A stretch of 64,000 bases of DNA from an uncultured Solirubrobacterales bacterium (GTDB lineage Bacteria; Actinomycetota; Thermoleophilia; Solirubrobacterales; Solirubrobacteraceae), in assembly GCA_963844125.1 (NCBI GenBank), contig CAWJNB010000002.1:174375-238374 (forward strand), given 5' to 3'. The position numbers were made by a program, and so were the translations under genes. A model generated the notes under the pieces. The model worked only from the letters and a program-made list of their open reading frames with translations, had not been told where the DNA came from and did no database searches. Within the stretch, counting starts at the first letter, position 1. Each line of letters begins with the position of its first letter. Below are positions 20,193-30,677 of the stretch, in pieces.

Positions 20193-23100
20193 TGAACGTC
20201 AAGCAGATTCTGATCCCGTTCGGGGCGCTCGCCGCGTCGCTCGCTATGTCCGTGTCGGCGAGCGCGGCGGAAGTAAAGCCGTTTGAAGTGACGAAGTTTA
20301 CGCTGCAGACAACCGAACCGACACGGGAAGTGGTCGAAGAACCAAGCCCCGGTGTAACGACTCAGAATATCGTGAACAGGCCGGAAGCGTTTGCGCAGGC
20401 GGGCGGGCACGCGTGGGGGCTGACGACCACGATCGGGTTCGCGACCGAAGGCAGTGTCGGGGGTGGCGATCTACACCCGACGCAGGATCCCAAGGACATC
20501 GTGGTGACTTTGCCTCCCGGATTGCTCGGCAATCCGAACCCACAGGCGTTTCCACGCTGTCCCTTGGCGGTCGCCCTGACGGTGAGTGCTGGTAAATATT
20601 GTCCCGTTGACACACAGATCGGCGTTTTCAGACTGCGCACCGAGACGGGATCGTTTGCGTTCGCGCCGATCGTGAACGTGACACCTGAAAAGGGACAGTC
20701 TGCCGAGTTCGGACTGGAAAATTACTTCGGGCCGACAATTCTGTTGACCGCTCACGTGGTGCGCGTCAACGACACCTACGGATTGACGGTCGTCAGCAAC
20801 GAGATCCCAAGTATTATAGAACTCGATGAAGTGGAACTGACATTCTGGGGCGTGCCGGCAGACCCAAGCCATGATCCACTGCGTGGCCTTCATTGCAGAG
20901 AGACAGGATCCGGAGACGATCTGGGCGAATGTAGCAACTCCGCTAACAATGCGTTCGAGGGCTTGCCCAAAATAGGTATGTCGAGTGGCCTGCCCGAGGT
21001 GCCTTTCTTGACGATGCCTACCGATTGTGCGGCGGGTCCGTTGGCGACCAGGATGAGGACAGATTCATGGGAGGAACCGGGGCGGTATCTGGAAAAGACC
21101 CCGGAAGAACCCTTGCCGTCGTTGGTTGGTGGTGCTGGTGTGGGTTTTTCTGGTTGTGATTTGTTGGCGTTTGGTCCCGAAGTTGAAGTACGGCCTGGTT
21201 CGTCGGGTGCGGATGAACCGGTCGAATTGGGTGTGAATGTGAAGATTCCGCAGTCTGAAGGCGTTGAAGGTACGGCGACGCCGCAGTTGCGTGATGCTGC
21301 CGTGACGTTGCCGGAGGGGTTGTCTATCAGCCCGGGGATCGTCGATGGTATCGAGGCGTGCAATGAATCCGGCCCTGAAGGGATCAATTTCAGTGGTCCC
21401 GAATCGGAAGAAATTGGTTTGAATGGTGAATCGCAATTGGCGCCGGGGCATTGTCCCGATGCGTCGATTGTCGGTACCGCAAAGGCTTTCACGCCGCTGC
21501 TGGATGAACCGGTGGAAGGCCATGTGTATTTGGCGAGACCATTGTGTGGCGGTGGCGGCCAGGCGCCGTGTACCGAACGGGACGCTGCCGACGGTGACTT
21601 GTACCAATTGTATTTGGAACTTGGTGGGCAGGGTCCGTTGGCTGATACCGGCGTGAACTTGAAGGTGCGGGGGAAGGTGGAGGCCAATCCCGCGACGGGG
21701 CAGTTGACTACCGTTTTTGAAAACACGCCGCAGTTGCCGTTCAGTGAATTGCAGGTCCGGTTGAATGGCGGTCCGCGGTCGCCGCTCGATAATCCCGCAG
21801 TGTGTGGTGCAGCTACCACGACCAGTGATTTCACGCCGTGGAGCGCGCCCGGCATTACACCGCAGGGCCTGTCGGTCGCCGGCACCGCGAACGCGACACC
21901 GTCCTCTTATTATGATGTTGGTGGCTGTTCTGATCCTGTACCGTTCGCGCCGGGGTTTGTCGCGGGGATGGTCACGCCGCAGGCTGGAGAGTTCAGCGCG
22001 TTCACGCTGAACCTCGCTCGCCAGGATCGTGAACAGTTCGTCAAGGGCATCCAGATACACACCCCCCCGGGATTGCTGGGGATGCTCTCCAGTGTCCCGT
22101 TGTGCGGGTCTGTGCAAGCGGAAACGGGCACGTGTACCGAAGCGTCAAAGATCGGTACTACGAGGGTCGCTTCGGGCGCGGGGTCGCACCCGTTCGAAAT
22201 CGAAGGCAGCGTGTATTTGACGGGCCCGTATGATGGCGCGCCGTTCGGTTTGAGTATCGTTACCGATGCTGTCGCGGGCCCGTTCAACTTGGGATTGGTG
22301 ATAGTACGAGCACGGATCGACGTGAACCCCGAAAACAGCACGTTGACGATCACGACCGACGAAACGGGGCCGCACGCGATCCCGCAAATGCTGGACGGTG
22401 TCCCGTTGCGGTTGAAACGTGTGACGGTCGATATCGACCGGCCCGGGTTTATGTTCAACCCGACGAATTGCGATCAGCAGCAGATCACGGCAGTGATCTC
22501 CGGTTCGGGGAACACGAGCGCCGGGGTGAGCAGTCCGTTTGCTGTCGCGGGCTGCAAGACTCTTGAATTCAAACCCAAGTTCACGGTCTCGACGGCCGGT
22601 AAGACCAGCAAAGCCGGCGGTGCGAGCCTCGACGCGAAGTTGTCCTACCCCGCTGGATCGGTCGGTAATGAGGCGAACATCGCACGAGTCAAGGTCGATC
22701 TACCGAAGCAGTTGCCGTCACGGCTGACGACGCTGCAGAAAGCGTGTACCGCACAGGTATTCGAAGCGAACCCCGCGAATTGTCCTGTGGCGTCGATCGT
22801 GGGAACGGTGCGCGCCAATACCCCGTTGCTGCCGGTGGGCTCGTCCGGTTATGGGTTGTCCGGCCCGGTGTACTTCGTCTCTCACGGTGGCGAAGCGTTC
22901 CCCAGCCTGATAGTCGTGCTGCAGGGTGACGGCGTGCGCGTCGATTTGACCGGTAGTACTTTTATCAGCAAAGCGGGGATCACGTCAAGCACGTTCAAGA
23001 CTGTTCCCGACGTCCCCGTGAACACGTTTGAGATCTACCTCCCCGAGGGCAAGTTCTCCGCGCTCGCCGCCAACGGGAACCTATGCTCGAGCAAGCTGAC

Positions 23101-23263
23101 GATGCCGACAGAACTCGTCGCGCAGAACGGCGCGGTAATCCACCAGAGCACGAAGATCACCGTTACCGGCTGCCCAAAACCCAAGAAAGCGAAAGCTAAG
23201 GCCAAGAAGCGAACCAAAGCGAACAGAGCAAATCGGGCAAGCCAAGGGAGGGCACACTCATGA
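20189..23263 (+). CDS. Large secreted Cys-containing repeat protein of unknown function
   Basis: Signal peptide; four copies of an LPxG...CPxxSxIG-like module; Lys-rich tail; intact 1024-aa ORF. Confidence 0.8.
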   Translation: MMNVKQILIPFGALAASLAMSVSASAAEVKPFEVTKFTLQTTEPTREVVEEPSPGVTTQNIVNRPEAFAQAGGHAWGLTTTIGFATEGSVGGGDLHPTQDPKDIVVTLPPGLLGNPNPQAFPRCPLAVALTVSAGKYCPVDTQIGVFRLRTETGSFAFAPIVNVTPEKGQSAEFGLENYFGPTILLTAHVVRVNDTYGLTVVSNEIPSIIELDEVELTFWGVPADPSHDPLRGLHCRETGSGDDLGECSNSANNAFEGLPKIGMSSGLPEVPFLTMPTDCAAGPLATRMRTDSWEEPGRYLEKTPEEPLPSLVGGAGVGFSGCDLLAFGPEVEVRPGSSGADEPVELGVNVKIPQSEGVEGTATPQLRDAAVTLPEGLSISPGIVDGIEACNESGPEGINFSGPESEEIGLNGESQLAPGHCPDASIVGTAKAFTPLLDEPVEGHVYLARPLCGGGGQAPCTERDAADGDLYQLYLELGGQGPLADTGVNLKVRGKVEANPATGQLTTVFENTPQLPFSELQVRLNGGPRSPLDNPAVCGAATTTSDFTPWSAPGITPQGLSVAGTANATPSSYYDVGGCSDPVPFAPGFVAGMVTPQAGEFSAFTLNLARQDREQFVKGIQIHTPPGLLGMLSSVPLCGSVQAETGTCTEASKIGTTRVASGAGSHPFEIEGSVYLTGPYDGAPFGLSIVTDAVAGPFNLGLVIVRARIDVNPENSTLTITTDETGPHAIPQMLDGVPLRLKRVTVDIDRPGFMFNPTNCDQQQITAVISGSGNTSAGVSSPFAVAGCKTLEFKPKFTVSTAGKTSKAGGASLDAKLSYPAGSVGNEANIARVKVDLPKQLPSRLTTLQKACTAQVFEANPANCPVASIVGTVRANTPLLPVGSSGYGLSGPVYFVSHGGEAFPSLIVVLQGDGVRVDLTGSTFISKAGITSSTFKTVPDVPVNTFEIYLPEGKFSALAANGNLCSSKLTMPTELVAQNGAVIHQSTKITVTGCPKPKKAKAKAKKRTKANRANRASQGRAHS

Positions 23264-25818
23264 CCACGAATCGCATAAAGATGGTCCTCCCACTAGGGAC
23301 CCTCACAGCCCTCCTCCTAGGGCTCATAGGTGCGGGTGGTGCGTGGGCGGCGACTCCACCGGTGAAGGAGATCCTCTCCAGCCATTTTGGTCGTGAAGTG
23401 AACCTCACGGAGACGGATGCGAAAGCAGGACCAGCGCTTGAAGATGTTTGCACGGTCCTCTCCAAAGACGAATGTCAGTCGGGTCGGGAAGGCTCTATCT
23501 CCGGCGGGTTCGCAAACGCTAACGGCGTCGCTGTCGATGACGATCCGGCGAGCGTCGAGTATGGCGACGCGTACGTCGCAGACTCTCTCAACCATCGTAT
23601 CCAAGTTCTCACATCAACCGGCATATTCGTGCTGATGTTCGGTAAGGAAGTCAACGCCACAACCAAAGGCGACATCTGCACCGCTGCGTCAAAAGACGTT
23701 TGTCAGCCCGGGGTAGAAGGATCGACTCCCGGGCAGTTTGGGGAAAGCCAGAAGAGTATCACAGTCGACCCTGCAAACGGCGACGTCTACGTCACAGATT
23801 TTGTCAAAACCGAAGTTGGCAGCAACGTACTTTTTGGTGTGCGTGTACAAAAGTTCACCGCGGAAGGCCGTTGGCTGCTGGAGATCGGCAAGGAAGTCAA
23901 CACGACGACCAAAGGCAATCTCTGCACCCAGGAAGAAATCGAAGTAAAAAGCGTGCACTGCACTGGCCCAGCACAGTACGAATTCAGTAACAGCAAAGGT
24001 CCCGACGTGGAACCATCGACCAACAGCACCGAACCAGGCGCACTCCCGATCGGTGAACCGCTGTCCGCCGCCGTAGGCGGTCCTGAAGACCTGCTGTATG
24101 TCGGTGATGGCCAGCGAGTCCAGAAGTTTACTCCCAACGGGAGCTACAAGGAACAGATTCTGCTTACGGAATCGGTGGGACCGATGGCGATCGATGACTC
24201 CTGTCAACTTCAAGTACCAGCGTTGAGTGAAAGCACCACGCCAACGTGCGCGGACTTCGACCCATCCTACGGAGACCTGTACATTGTCTACAGCGAAAAC
24301 GGGAAAGTCATACATAAGCTCGCTCCCAATGGTAAACTTATCGATGAATTTCCCTCGAGCCCTAGGATTGAAAGTGGATCTTTTACTATCGCTGCGTTGG
24401 CGGTTGACTCTTCCGACCGGTTGGGCGTGAGCAAGGGCGAACAAGTGAATGGGGAATTTGTCCTCTCCGGATCCCTCGTGGATGGCGCCACTGGTCACCT
24501 GATCACCGAATTCCAGGTCCCGGGCAGCTCATCCGAACTTGGGGGTTTGGCGTTTAGCGCGGGTGACGAGCTGTACGGCAGTGCCCACGATGAAGTGCTG
24601 TCATACGCCCCTGTTCCCGTAGCCGAACTGTTGACGCGTCCCGCGTCCTGTACACCGGGCGCCGAAGACGAAACGGATGCGATGTTCGACTGTGCGTTGA
24701 ATGGGGAAGTAAACCCCGAGGGAGTAGCTGGCACCGAAGTGTCCTTTCAGTGGGGTTCGACGACGGCGCTCGGTAGCGAAACCCCCGCGCAGGTCCTCTG
24801 CACAACGACATGCGGCTACACCCCCGAACCCGCGACGTTTATGGTCAAAGGTTTGCGCCCGAACGCGACCGTGAGCTATCGTCTCGCGGCGCACGACCAG
24901 AACGTCGTTGCGCCGGAACTCCTCACGAGCGCCACGCTGTCGTCTGTCACACCGGCCGTCGCGCCGCGGGTCATCGGTGAACCGAGCGCGTCGTTCGTTG
25001 GCTCTTCCTCGGTGGTGCTGTCCGGTGCGTTGAACCCGGAGAACGCTCCGACGGAATATTTCTTCGAATATGCCTCGGGGGTGCTCGGTGGCTATTGCGA
25101 AGGTGCTGTGAGGACCAAGACCTTGGAGTCCTCGTTGTATGGCGCGATCGGTGCGACGCTCGAAGTAAGCGCTCTGCAACCGGCCACGACCTACCAGTAC
25201 CGGCTGTGCGCGATCAACACGAACGGTGAGAAGGCCGGCGGCGCGCAGGGTTCCGGCAGCCCGATAGCTGCGGGGTCCTTCCAGACGGGCCCGGCGCCTG
25301 TGCCGCAGGCGAGCACGGGCGCCTACAGCGCGCTGGGCGCGACCACCGCGACGATCTCCGGGATGGTGGATCCCGACGGTCAGCCGGCGAGCTACGCCTT
25401 CGAACTGGCGGTGGCGAACGGCACGGCGACGCCCGAGTACACGGTCGTGCATTCGGGGCCGGCGGGTGCCGGCAGCACACCGACACAGCAAACACTGCTG
25501 CTCACGGGTCTGCAGCCGGGAACGACCTATGCTTACCGCATAACGATCAGCAGCGGGTACGGCACCGCGACAGGAGAAACGGTGCTGTTCACGACCGCGG
25601 GCTTACCGTCGGTTCTCGGTGTCCCCGTATCGCCGCCGCTGCTGGCGGTCCCGGCGATCGCCTTCCCCACGGCATCAGAGGTGGCCACGACCACCAGGAC
25701 GGCGACTTCCAAGTGCAAGCGGGGCAAGCAGCTCCGCCATGGGAAGTGCGTGAAGAGCAAGCGTAAGAAGGTCAAGCAGGCGAAAAAGACGAGTCGTTCT
25801 CGAAAGGCCAAGCGATGA
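23260..25818 (+). CDS. Secreted NHL-repeat and fibronectin type III protein
   Basis: YVADSLNHRIQV NHL blades; GLRPNATVSYRL, LQPATTYQYRL, GLQPGTTYAYRI FnIII motifs; tail KCKRGKQLRHGKCVK. Confidence 0.85.
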   Translation: MTTNRIKMVLPLGTLTALLLGLIGAGGAWAATPPVKEILSSHFGREVNLTETDAKAGPALEDVCTVLSKDECQSGREGSISGGFANANGVAVDDDPASVEYGDAYVADSLNHRIQVLTSTGIFVLMFGKEVNATTKGDICTAASKDVCQPGVEGSTPGQFGESQKSITVDPANGDVYVTDFVKTEVGSNVLFGVRVQKFTAEGRWLLEIGKEVNTTTKGNLCTQEEIEVKSVHCTGPAQYEFSNSKGPDVEPSTNSTEPGALPIGEPLSAAVGGPEDLLYVGDGQRVQKFTPNGSYKEQILLTESVGPMAIDDSCQLQVPALSESTTPTCADFDPSYGDLYIVYSENGKVIHKLAPNGKLIDEFPSSPRIESGSFTIAALAVDSSDRLGVSKGEQVNGEFVLSGSLVDGATGHLITEFQVPGSSSELGGLAFSAGDELYGSAHDEVLSYAPVPVAELLTRPASCTPGAEDETDAMFDCALNGEVNPEGVAGTEVSFQWGSTTALGSETPAQVLCTTTCGYTPEPATFMVKGLRPNATVSYRLAAHDQNVVAPELLTSATLSSVTPAVAPRVIGEPSASFVGSSSVVLSGALNPENAPTEYFFEYASGVLGGYCEGAVRTKTLESSLYGAIGATLEVSALQPATTYQYRLCAINTNGEKAGGAQGSGSPIAAGSFQTGPAPVPQASTGAYSALGATTATISGMVDPDGQPASYAFELAVANGTATPEYTVVHSGPAGAGSTPTQQTLLLTGLQPGTTYAYRITISSGYGTATGETVLFTTAGLPSVLGVPVSPPLLAVPAIAFPTASEVATTTRTATSKCKRGKQLRHGKCVKSKRKKVKQAKKTSRSRKAKR

Positions 25819-25855
25819 GCCTTGTTTTTGTCATTCATCTAAAGGAGAGATAGCG

Positions 25856-26635
25856 ATGCTTAGAAGGATCCATATAACCCCCAGCACGGTGATCGCCATC
25901 ATCGCTTTGGTCTTCGCGGTCACGGGTGGAGCTTTCGCCGCGACCGACGGCGGTAGCGTTGCTGGTGCTCCGCGCGCGACGGCGAACGCGGCCAAGAGCA
26001 AGAGCAAGGCCAAGGCGGGCCCCAGGGGCCCCGCTGGTCCCAAGGGCGCGCCCGGTGCGCCCGGTGCGCAGGGCCCCCAGGGAGCAGCCGGCGCCCCGGG
26101 CGCGAAAGGCGAAACCGGCAGCGCCGGCACCAACGGTACAAGCGGTACAAACGGTACCAGCGTTACGAGCAAAGAATTCTCCGGTAAGAAAGAAAAATGC
26201 GAAGAAGGCGGCAGTGAATTCACCGCGGGGAGCACCAAAACGTTTGCGTGCAACGGCAAAAACGGCACCACCGGGTTCACTAAAACGCTCCCCAGCGGAG
26301 AAACCGAGACCGGGACCTGGGGCTTTGCCACACACAGCGAAGGCGCGGTAATCGAAGCATTCTCATTCCCGATCCCACTGGAAAACGCTCCAGAAGTACA
26401 CGTCATCAAGCCCCACGAAGAAGGCAAGGAAGAAGCCACGAACTGCCCTGGCACACTCGCAAAACCAGCCGCCGCCAAAGGCCAGCTCTGCATCTACTCC
26501 GAAATCCTCGATGCAGACCTCGGCGGCGCCGAGCGGTTCGCAGCAGGGGCATCACTCCTGTTCGTCTCCGCCACCGAAGAAAAAGGCGGCTTCGGAGTCA
26601 TCGACAGAGGCACCTGGGCCGTAACAGCCGAATAG
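25856..26635 (+). CDS. Secreted collagen-like protein
   Basis: RBS AAAGGAGA; hydrophobic N-terminus; Gly-X-Y run GPRGPAGPKGAPGAPGAQGPQG... Confidence 0.88.
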   Translation: MLRRIHITPSTVIAIIALVFAVTGGAFAATDGGSVAGAPRATANAAKSKSKAKAGPRGPAGPKGAPGAPGAQGPQGAAGAPGAKGETGSAGTNGTSGTNGTSVTSKEFSGKKEKCEEGGSEFTAGSTKTFACNGKNGTTGFTKTLPSGETETGTWGFATHSEGAVIEAFSFPIPLENAPEVHVIKPHEEGKEEATNCPGTLAKPAAAKGQLCIYSEILDADLGGAERFAAGASLLFVSATEEKGGFGVIDRGTWAVTAE

Positions 26636-26674
26636 ACACGCCCAACACCGCTACAGCAACCACAAGAACCATCG

Positions 26675-26709
26675 CGGCCCGGACAGCCAAAATCACGCTG
26701 TCCGGGCCG
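26675..26709. terminator. Hairpin between the convergent collagen-like gene and ppk1
   Basis: CGGCCCGGACAGC / GCTGTCCGGGCCG perfect 13-bp stem. Confidence 0.65.
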
Positions 26710-28919
26710 GCGCAGTACGCCCCGGGACTACCGGTGCCTTGCGAACCTCATTGTCTGTGATCTCACCCCCGGGCGCCGAGCGCTCCTCGGCCACGCGCCG
26801 GGAGTGCAGCTCGGCGAGCTCCAGCTGCAGGTTGCGCGGGCGCTCGCCAGGACCGGGCGAGCGTCTGCTCCAGGCGCCCTCGCGCGTCGAGCTCCCAGGA
26901 GTTCTGGTTGTCGGCGAAGGCACCGCTCGAGCGCGTCGAGCAGCTCGGCGCGCAGCGTCGGAGCCTCGACCGGGGACGGCGAGCTCGACGCGGTGGTCGA
27001 GGTTGCGCGGCATCAGGTCGGCCGAGGCGATGTAGATCGTGTGCTCGCCGTCGCGCTCGAAGGCGTAGACGCGCGAGTGCTCGAGCAGGCGCCCGACGAT
27101 CGAGACGACGCGGATGTTCTCCGAGATGCCGGGGACGCCGGGGCGCAGGCAGCAGATGCCGCGCACGTTCAGATCGACCTGCACGCCCGCCTGCGAGGCC
27201 TCGTACAGCGCGCCGATGCAGCGCCCGTCGACGAGCGCGTTCATCTTCATCACGATCCGCGCCGGGCGTCTGCGCGGAGTGCGAGGCGATCGTCCGCTCG
27301 ATCTCGGCGAGGATCGCGTCGCGCAGCTGGTTCGGCGCGACCAGCACCTTGCGGTAGTGCAGCGGGCGGCCGAAGCCGGTGAGGTAGTTGAACATGTCGG
27401 CGACGTCCGCGCCGATCTGCCTCGTCGGTCGTGAACAGGCCGAAGTCGGTGTACAGCCGCGCGGTCGCGGAGTGGTAGTTGCCGGTGCCGATGTGCACGT
27501 AGTTGCGCACCCCGTCGCCCTCGCGGCGCACGACGAGCACGCACTTGGCGTGGGTCTTCAGCGCCGGCTGGCCGTAGACGACGTGCACGCCGGCCTCCTC
27601 GAGCGCCTTGGCCCAGTGGATGTTCATGCGCTCGTCGAAGCGCGCCTTCAGCTCGACCAGCGCGACCGCCTGCTTGCCGCGCTCGGTCGGCGTCGATCAG
27701 CGCCGGCACGAGCGGCGAGTCGTCGCTCGTGCGGTAGACGGTCTGCTTGATCGCGAGCACGTTCGGGTCGGCGACGGCCTGCTCGACGAAGCGCTCGACC
27801 GAGGTCGCGAACGAGTCGTAGGGGTGGTGCACGAGCAGGTCGCCTTCGCGCATCGCGCCCATCACGTCGGGGCGCTCTGCCTCGTGGCGCAAGCAGGCGC
27901 GGGTGGGTGCTGCCGAGCAGCGGCTCCTCGCGCAGCTCGGCGTAGCCGGGCAGGCGCACGATCTGCCACAGCGCGCCCAGGTCGAGCAGCCCGTCGACCG
28001 GGTAGACCTCGTCGTCGGCGACGCCCAGCAGCGTCGATCAGCTCGTCGCGCAGGCGCTGCGAGCAGCGCGTGCCGACCTCGACGCGCACGACCTCGCCGA
28101 AGCGGCGGCGGCGCAGCTCGTCCTCGACGGCCTGCAGCAGGTCGGCGGCGTCGTCGGAGACCTCGAGGTCGGCGTCGCGCGTGACGCGGAAGACGTCGTA
28201 GTCGACGATCTCCATGCCCGGGAACAGCGCGTCGAGGTGGTGGGCGATGACGTCCTCGAGCGCGACCAGCGTGAGCGGCCCGTCGCTGGGCTGCTGCAGC
28301 GCGACGAAGCGCGGCAGGATCTCGGTGGGGACCTTCACGCGCGCGAACACGGTCTCGTCGGTCGCCGGGTCGCGCACGAGCACGGCGAGGCTGAGCGAGA
28401 GGTTGGAGATGTAGGGGAACGGCCTGCCCGGGGCGACCGCGAGCGGCGTCAGCGCCGGGAAGATCACGCGCCGGAAGTGCCGCGCGAGCTCCGCGCGCTG
28501 GTCGTCGTCGAGCTCGTCCACGCCGACGACGGCGATCCCGTGCTCGGCCAGCGCGGGGCGCAGCCGGCCTTCGAAGCAGTCGCCCAGGCGCGCGCCCGAG
28601 CTCCTGCGCGCGCTCGCGGATCAGGGCGATCGTCTGCGAGGGCGTGCGCCCGTCCTGACCGGGGTTCTCGACGCCCGCCTCGATCTGGTCGTGCAGGCCG
28701 GCGACGCGCACCATGTAGTACTCGTCGAGGTTCGTCGTGTAGATCGCGCAGAACTTGACGCGCTCGAGCAGCGGCAGCGGCCTCGTCCTCGGCGAGCTGC
28801 AGCACGCGGTCGTTGAAGTCCAGCCAGGAGAGCTCGCGGTTGATGTACAGCGCGGGGTCCTCCAGTGCGGGACCCTCCACCGCCGGACCGTCCGCTGCGG
28901 GTTGATCGTCGTCGAACAT
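26693..28919 (-). CDS. ppk1: Polyphosphate kinase 1, frameshifted (true stop may be 26763)
   Basis: [62 protein letters not shown]. Confidence 0.95.
26736..26760 (+). repeat. 25-bp direct repeat, copy 2 (att-like), at the 3' end of ppk1
   Basis: Identical to 14921-14945. Confidence 0.9.
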
Positions 28920-28971
28920 TGCCTGCGCTCACGCTACACCGTCGGCGCCTGCAACCTGTCGCCAAGCGGCC

Positions 28972-29320
28972 CCGATCGTCGAGGTGGCCGGCGGATGCCG
29001 CCAGGGTTGATGCAGGGCAATGGCGCGTCAGCTCCGGCTACTGCGTCACGTCGAGGCCGACCGATTGGAAATCGGCCAGCATGGGACGCGGCCGATCGTC
29101 GAGCTGGCCGGCGGATGCCGCCAGGCTGATGCAGGGCAATGGCGCGTCAGCTCCGGCTACTGCTTCACGCCGAGGCCGACCGATTGGAAATCGGCCAGCA
29201 CGGGACGCGGCCCGATCGTCGAGCTGGCCGGCGGATGCCGCTAGGCTGATGCAGGGCAATGGCGCGTCAGCTCTGGCTACTACGTCACGCCGAGGCCGAG
29301 CCGCACGGGACGCGGCCCGA
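28972..29320 (+). repeat. Three ~120-bp tandem copies of the sixA promoter and 5' end
   Basis: Units at 28972, 29092 and 29212, each with GATGCAGGGCAATGGCGCGTCAGCTC. Confidence 0.92.
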
Positions 29321-29789
29321 CGCGGATCGGCGGCTGACCCGGCGCGGGGAGCAGCAGGCGCGCGCGGCCGGAGTCGCGATCCAGCAGCTGGCGGTCGCCT
29401 TCGACGAGGTGCTGTTCAGCCCGAAGGTGCGCGCCCGCGCGACCGCAGAGCTCGCGGCCGAGGGCTGGAGCGCGCAGCAGCGCGAGCTGTTGGGCGAGCA
29501 TCCGCCGCTGGCGGGCGGATTCGACGCGCCGCAGGCGATCGAGGCACTGGCCGGCGTTCCGGCGCAGGACGGGCGGTTGCTGGTCGTCGGTCATGAGCCC
29601 GACCTGTCGCTGACGGTCGCCGGACTGAGCGGCGGGCGGATCGACTTGAAGAAGGGCGGCCTGGCGGTCGTGCGGCTGGAAGGCGGGGTATCGGGCCTAG
29701 GCGACGAAGGCGTGGTCGGTGAGCTCGCGATCCTGATGCGTCCCCGCGAGCTTGCGCTGATCGCCGGCGTTCCAATCGGGCGGGATTGA
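29259..29789 (+). CDS. sixA: SixA-type phosphohistidine phosphatase
   Basis: LWLLRHAEAE, RRLTRRG, SPKVRARATAE, LVVGHEPDLS. Confidence 0.9.
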   Translation: MARQLWLLRHAEAEPHGTRPDADRRLTRRGEQQARAAGVAIQQLAVAFDEVLFSPKVRARATAELAAEGWSAQQRELLGEHPPLAGGFDAPQAIEALAGVPAQDGRLLVVGHEPDLSLTVAGLSGGRIDLKKGGLAVVRLEGGVSGLGDEGVVGELAILMRPRELALIAGVPIGRD

Positions 29790-30608
29790 GTCGGCGGCGG
29801 CGGGCGACACGTCCATGTCGCGCTCCGCCACGGAGCTTGCGCCGGCGGCGATCGCGTCCAGCGACTCCGCCGCGAAGCGGTAGCCGATGCCGAAATGGGT
29901 GTGGATGTAGCGCCAGCGCGGCGAGGCCTTCTCCAGCTTCTGGCGGAGCTTGCGCACGAACACGTCGACCGAGCGGTCGCCGCGCACCATCGCGTAGCCC
30001 CACAGGCGCGAGTAGATCTCCTCGCGCTCGAGCACGCTGCCCTCGGCGGCGGCGAGCAGCTCGATCAGCTCGAACTCGCGCCTGGTCAGATCGAGGCTGT
30101 GCCCGGCGACGAACGCCTGGAAGCGGTCGGTGCGGATCTCGACCTCGCCCGCCAGCAGCGGCTTGACCTCGGCGCGGCCGCTGGCGCGCCGGCGGCGACG
30201 CGCGACGCTCTGTACGCGCGCGATGACCTCCTCGGGATGGCAGGGCTTGGTGATCCAGTCGTCGGCGCCGAGACGCAGCCCGCGCACGCGCTGGGCGACC
30301 GTCGAGGGACCGGTGCAGACGACGATGCCGAGCTCGGGCAGCGCGCCGCACAGGCGCTCCAGCCACTCCCACGCCTGCGGGCCGAGCACGGCGAGATCGA
30401 CGATCAGCGCGCTCAGGCGCATCGAGGCGATCGCATCGGTGGGCACGGGCCCGGCGAGCACGCGGTGCTCCCAGCCGAGGCGATCCAGGCGCTTTGACAG
30501 AACCTGGATGAACCCGCTGTCGCGGTCGAGCACCGCGATCCGCAGCGAAGTGCCGCCCTGGGTGCCCGACGGCGTCGCCTCCTCCGTGGCGCGAATACCT
30601 TCCGTCAT
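29697..30608 (-). CDS. OmpR/PhoB family response regulator
   Basis: Receiver LIVDL...GADDWITKP; output LTRREFELI...DRSVDVFVRKLRQKL...GIGYRF. Confidence 0.92.
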   Translation of the reverse strand: MTEGIRATEEATPSGTQGGTSLRIAVLDRDSGFIQVLSKRLDRLGWEHRVLAGPVPTDAIASMRLSALIVDLAVLGPQAWEWLERLCGALPELGIVVCTGPSTVAQRVRGLRLGADDWITKPCHPEEVIARVQSVARRRRRASGRAEVKPLLAGEVEIRTDRFQAFVAGHSLDLTRREFELIELLAAAEGSVLEREEIYSRLWGYAMVRGDRSVDVFVRKLRQKLEKASPRWRYIHTHFGIGYRFAAESLDAIAAGASSVAERDMDVSPAAADSIPPDWNAGDQRKLAGTHQDRELTDHAFVA

Positions 30609-30660
30609 CGCCGCGCAGTCTATGGGACCGAGCGGACCGGGTGTGCAACGTCCTGCCCAC

Positions 30661-30677
30661 GGTAACAGGATGTTCAC
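30661..30677 (+). promoter_or_regulatory. PHO-box-like 11-bp direct repeat
   Basis: GGTAAC-aggat-GTTCAC. Confidence 0.5.

Noticed and set aside
28972..29320. 120-bp repeats as CRISPR or ncRNA array
   Set aside because: There are no unique spacers; the units are copies of the sixA 5' region.
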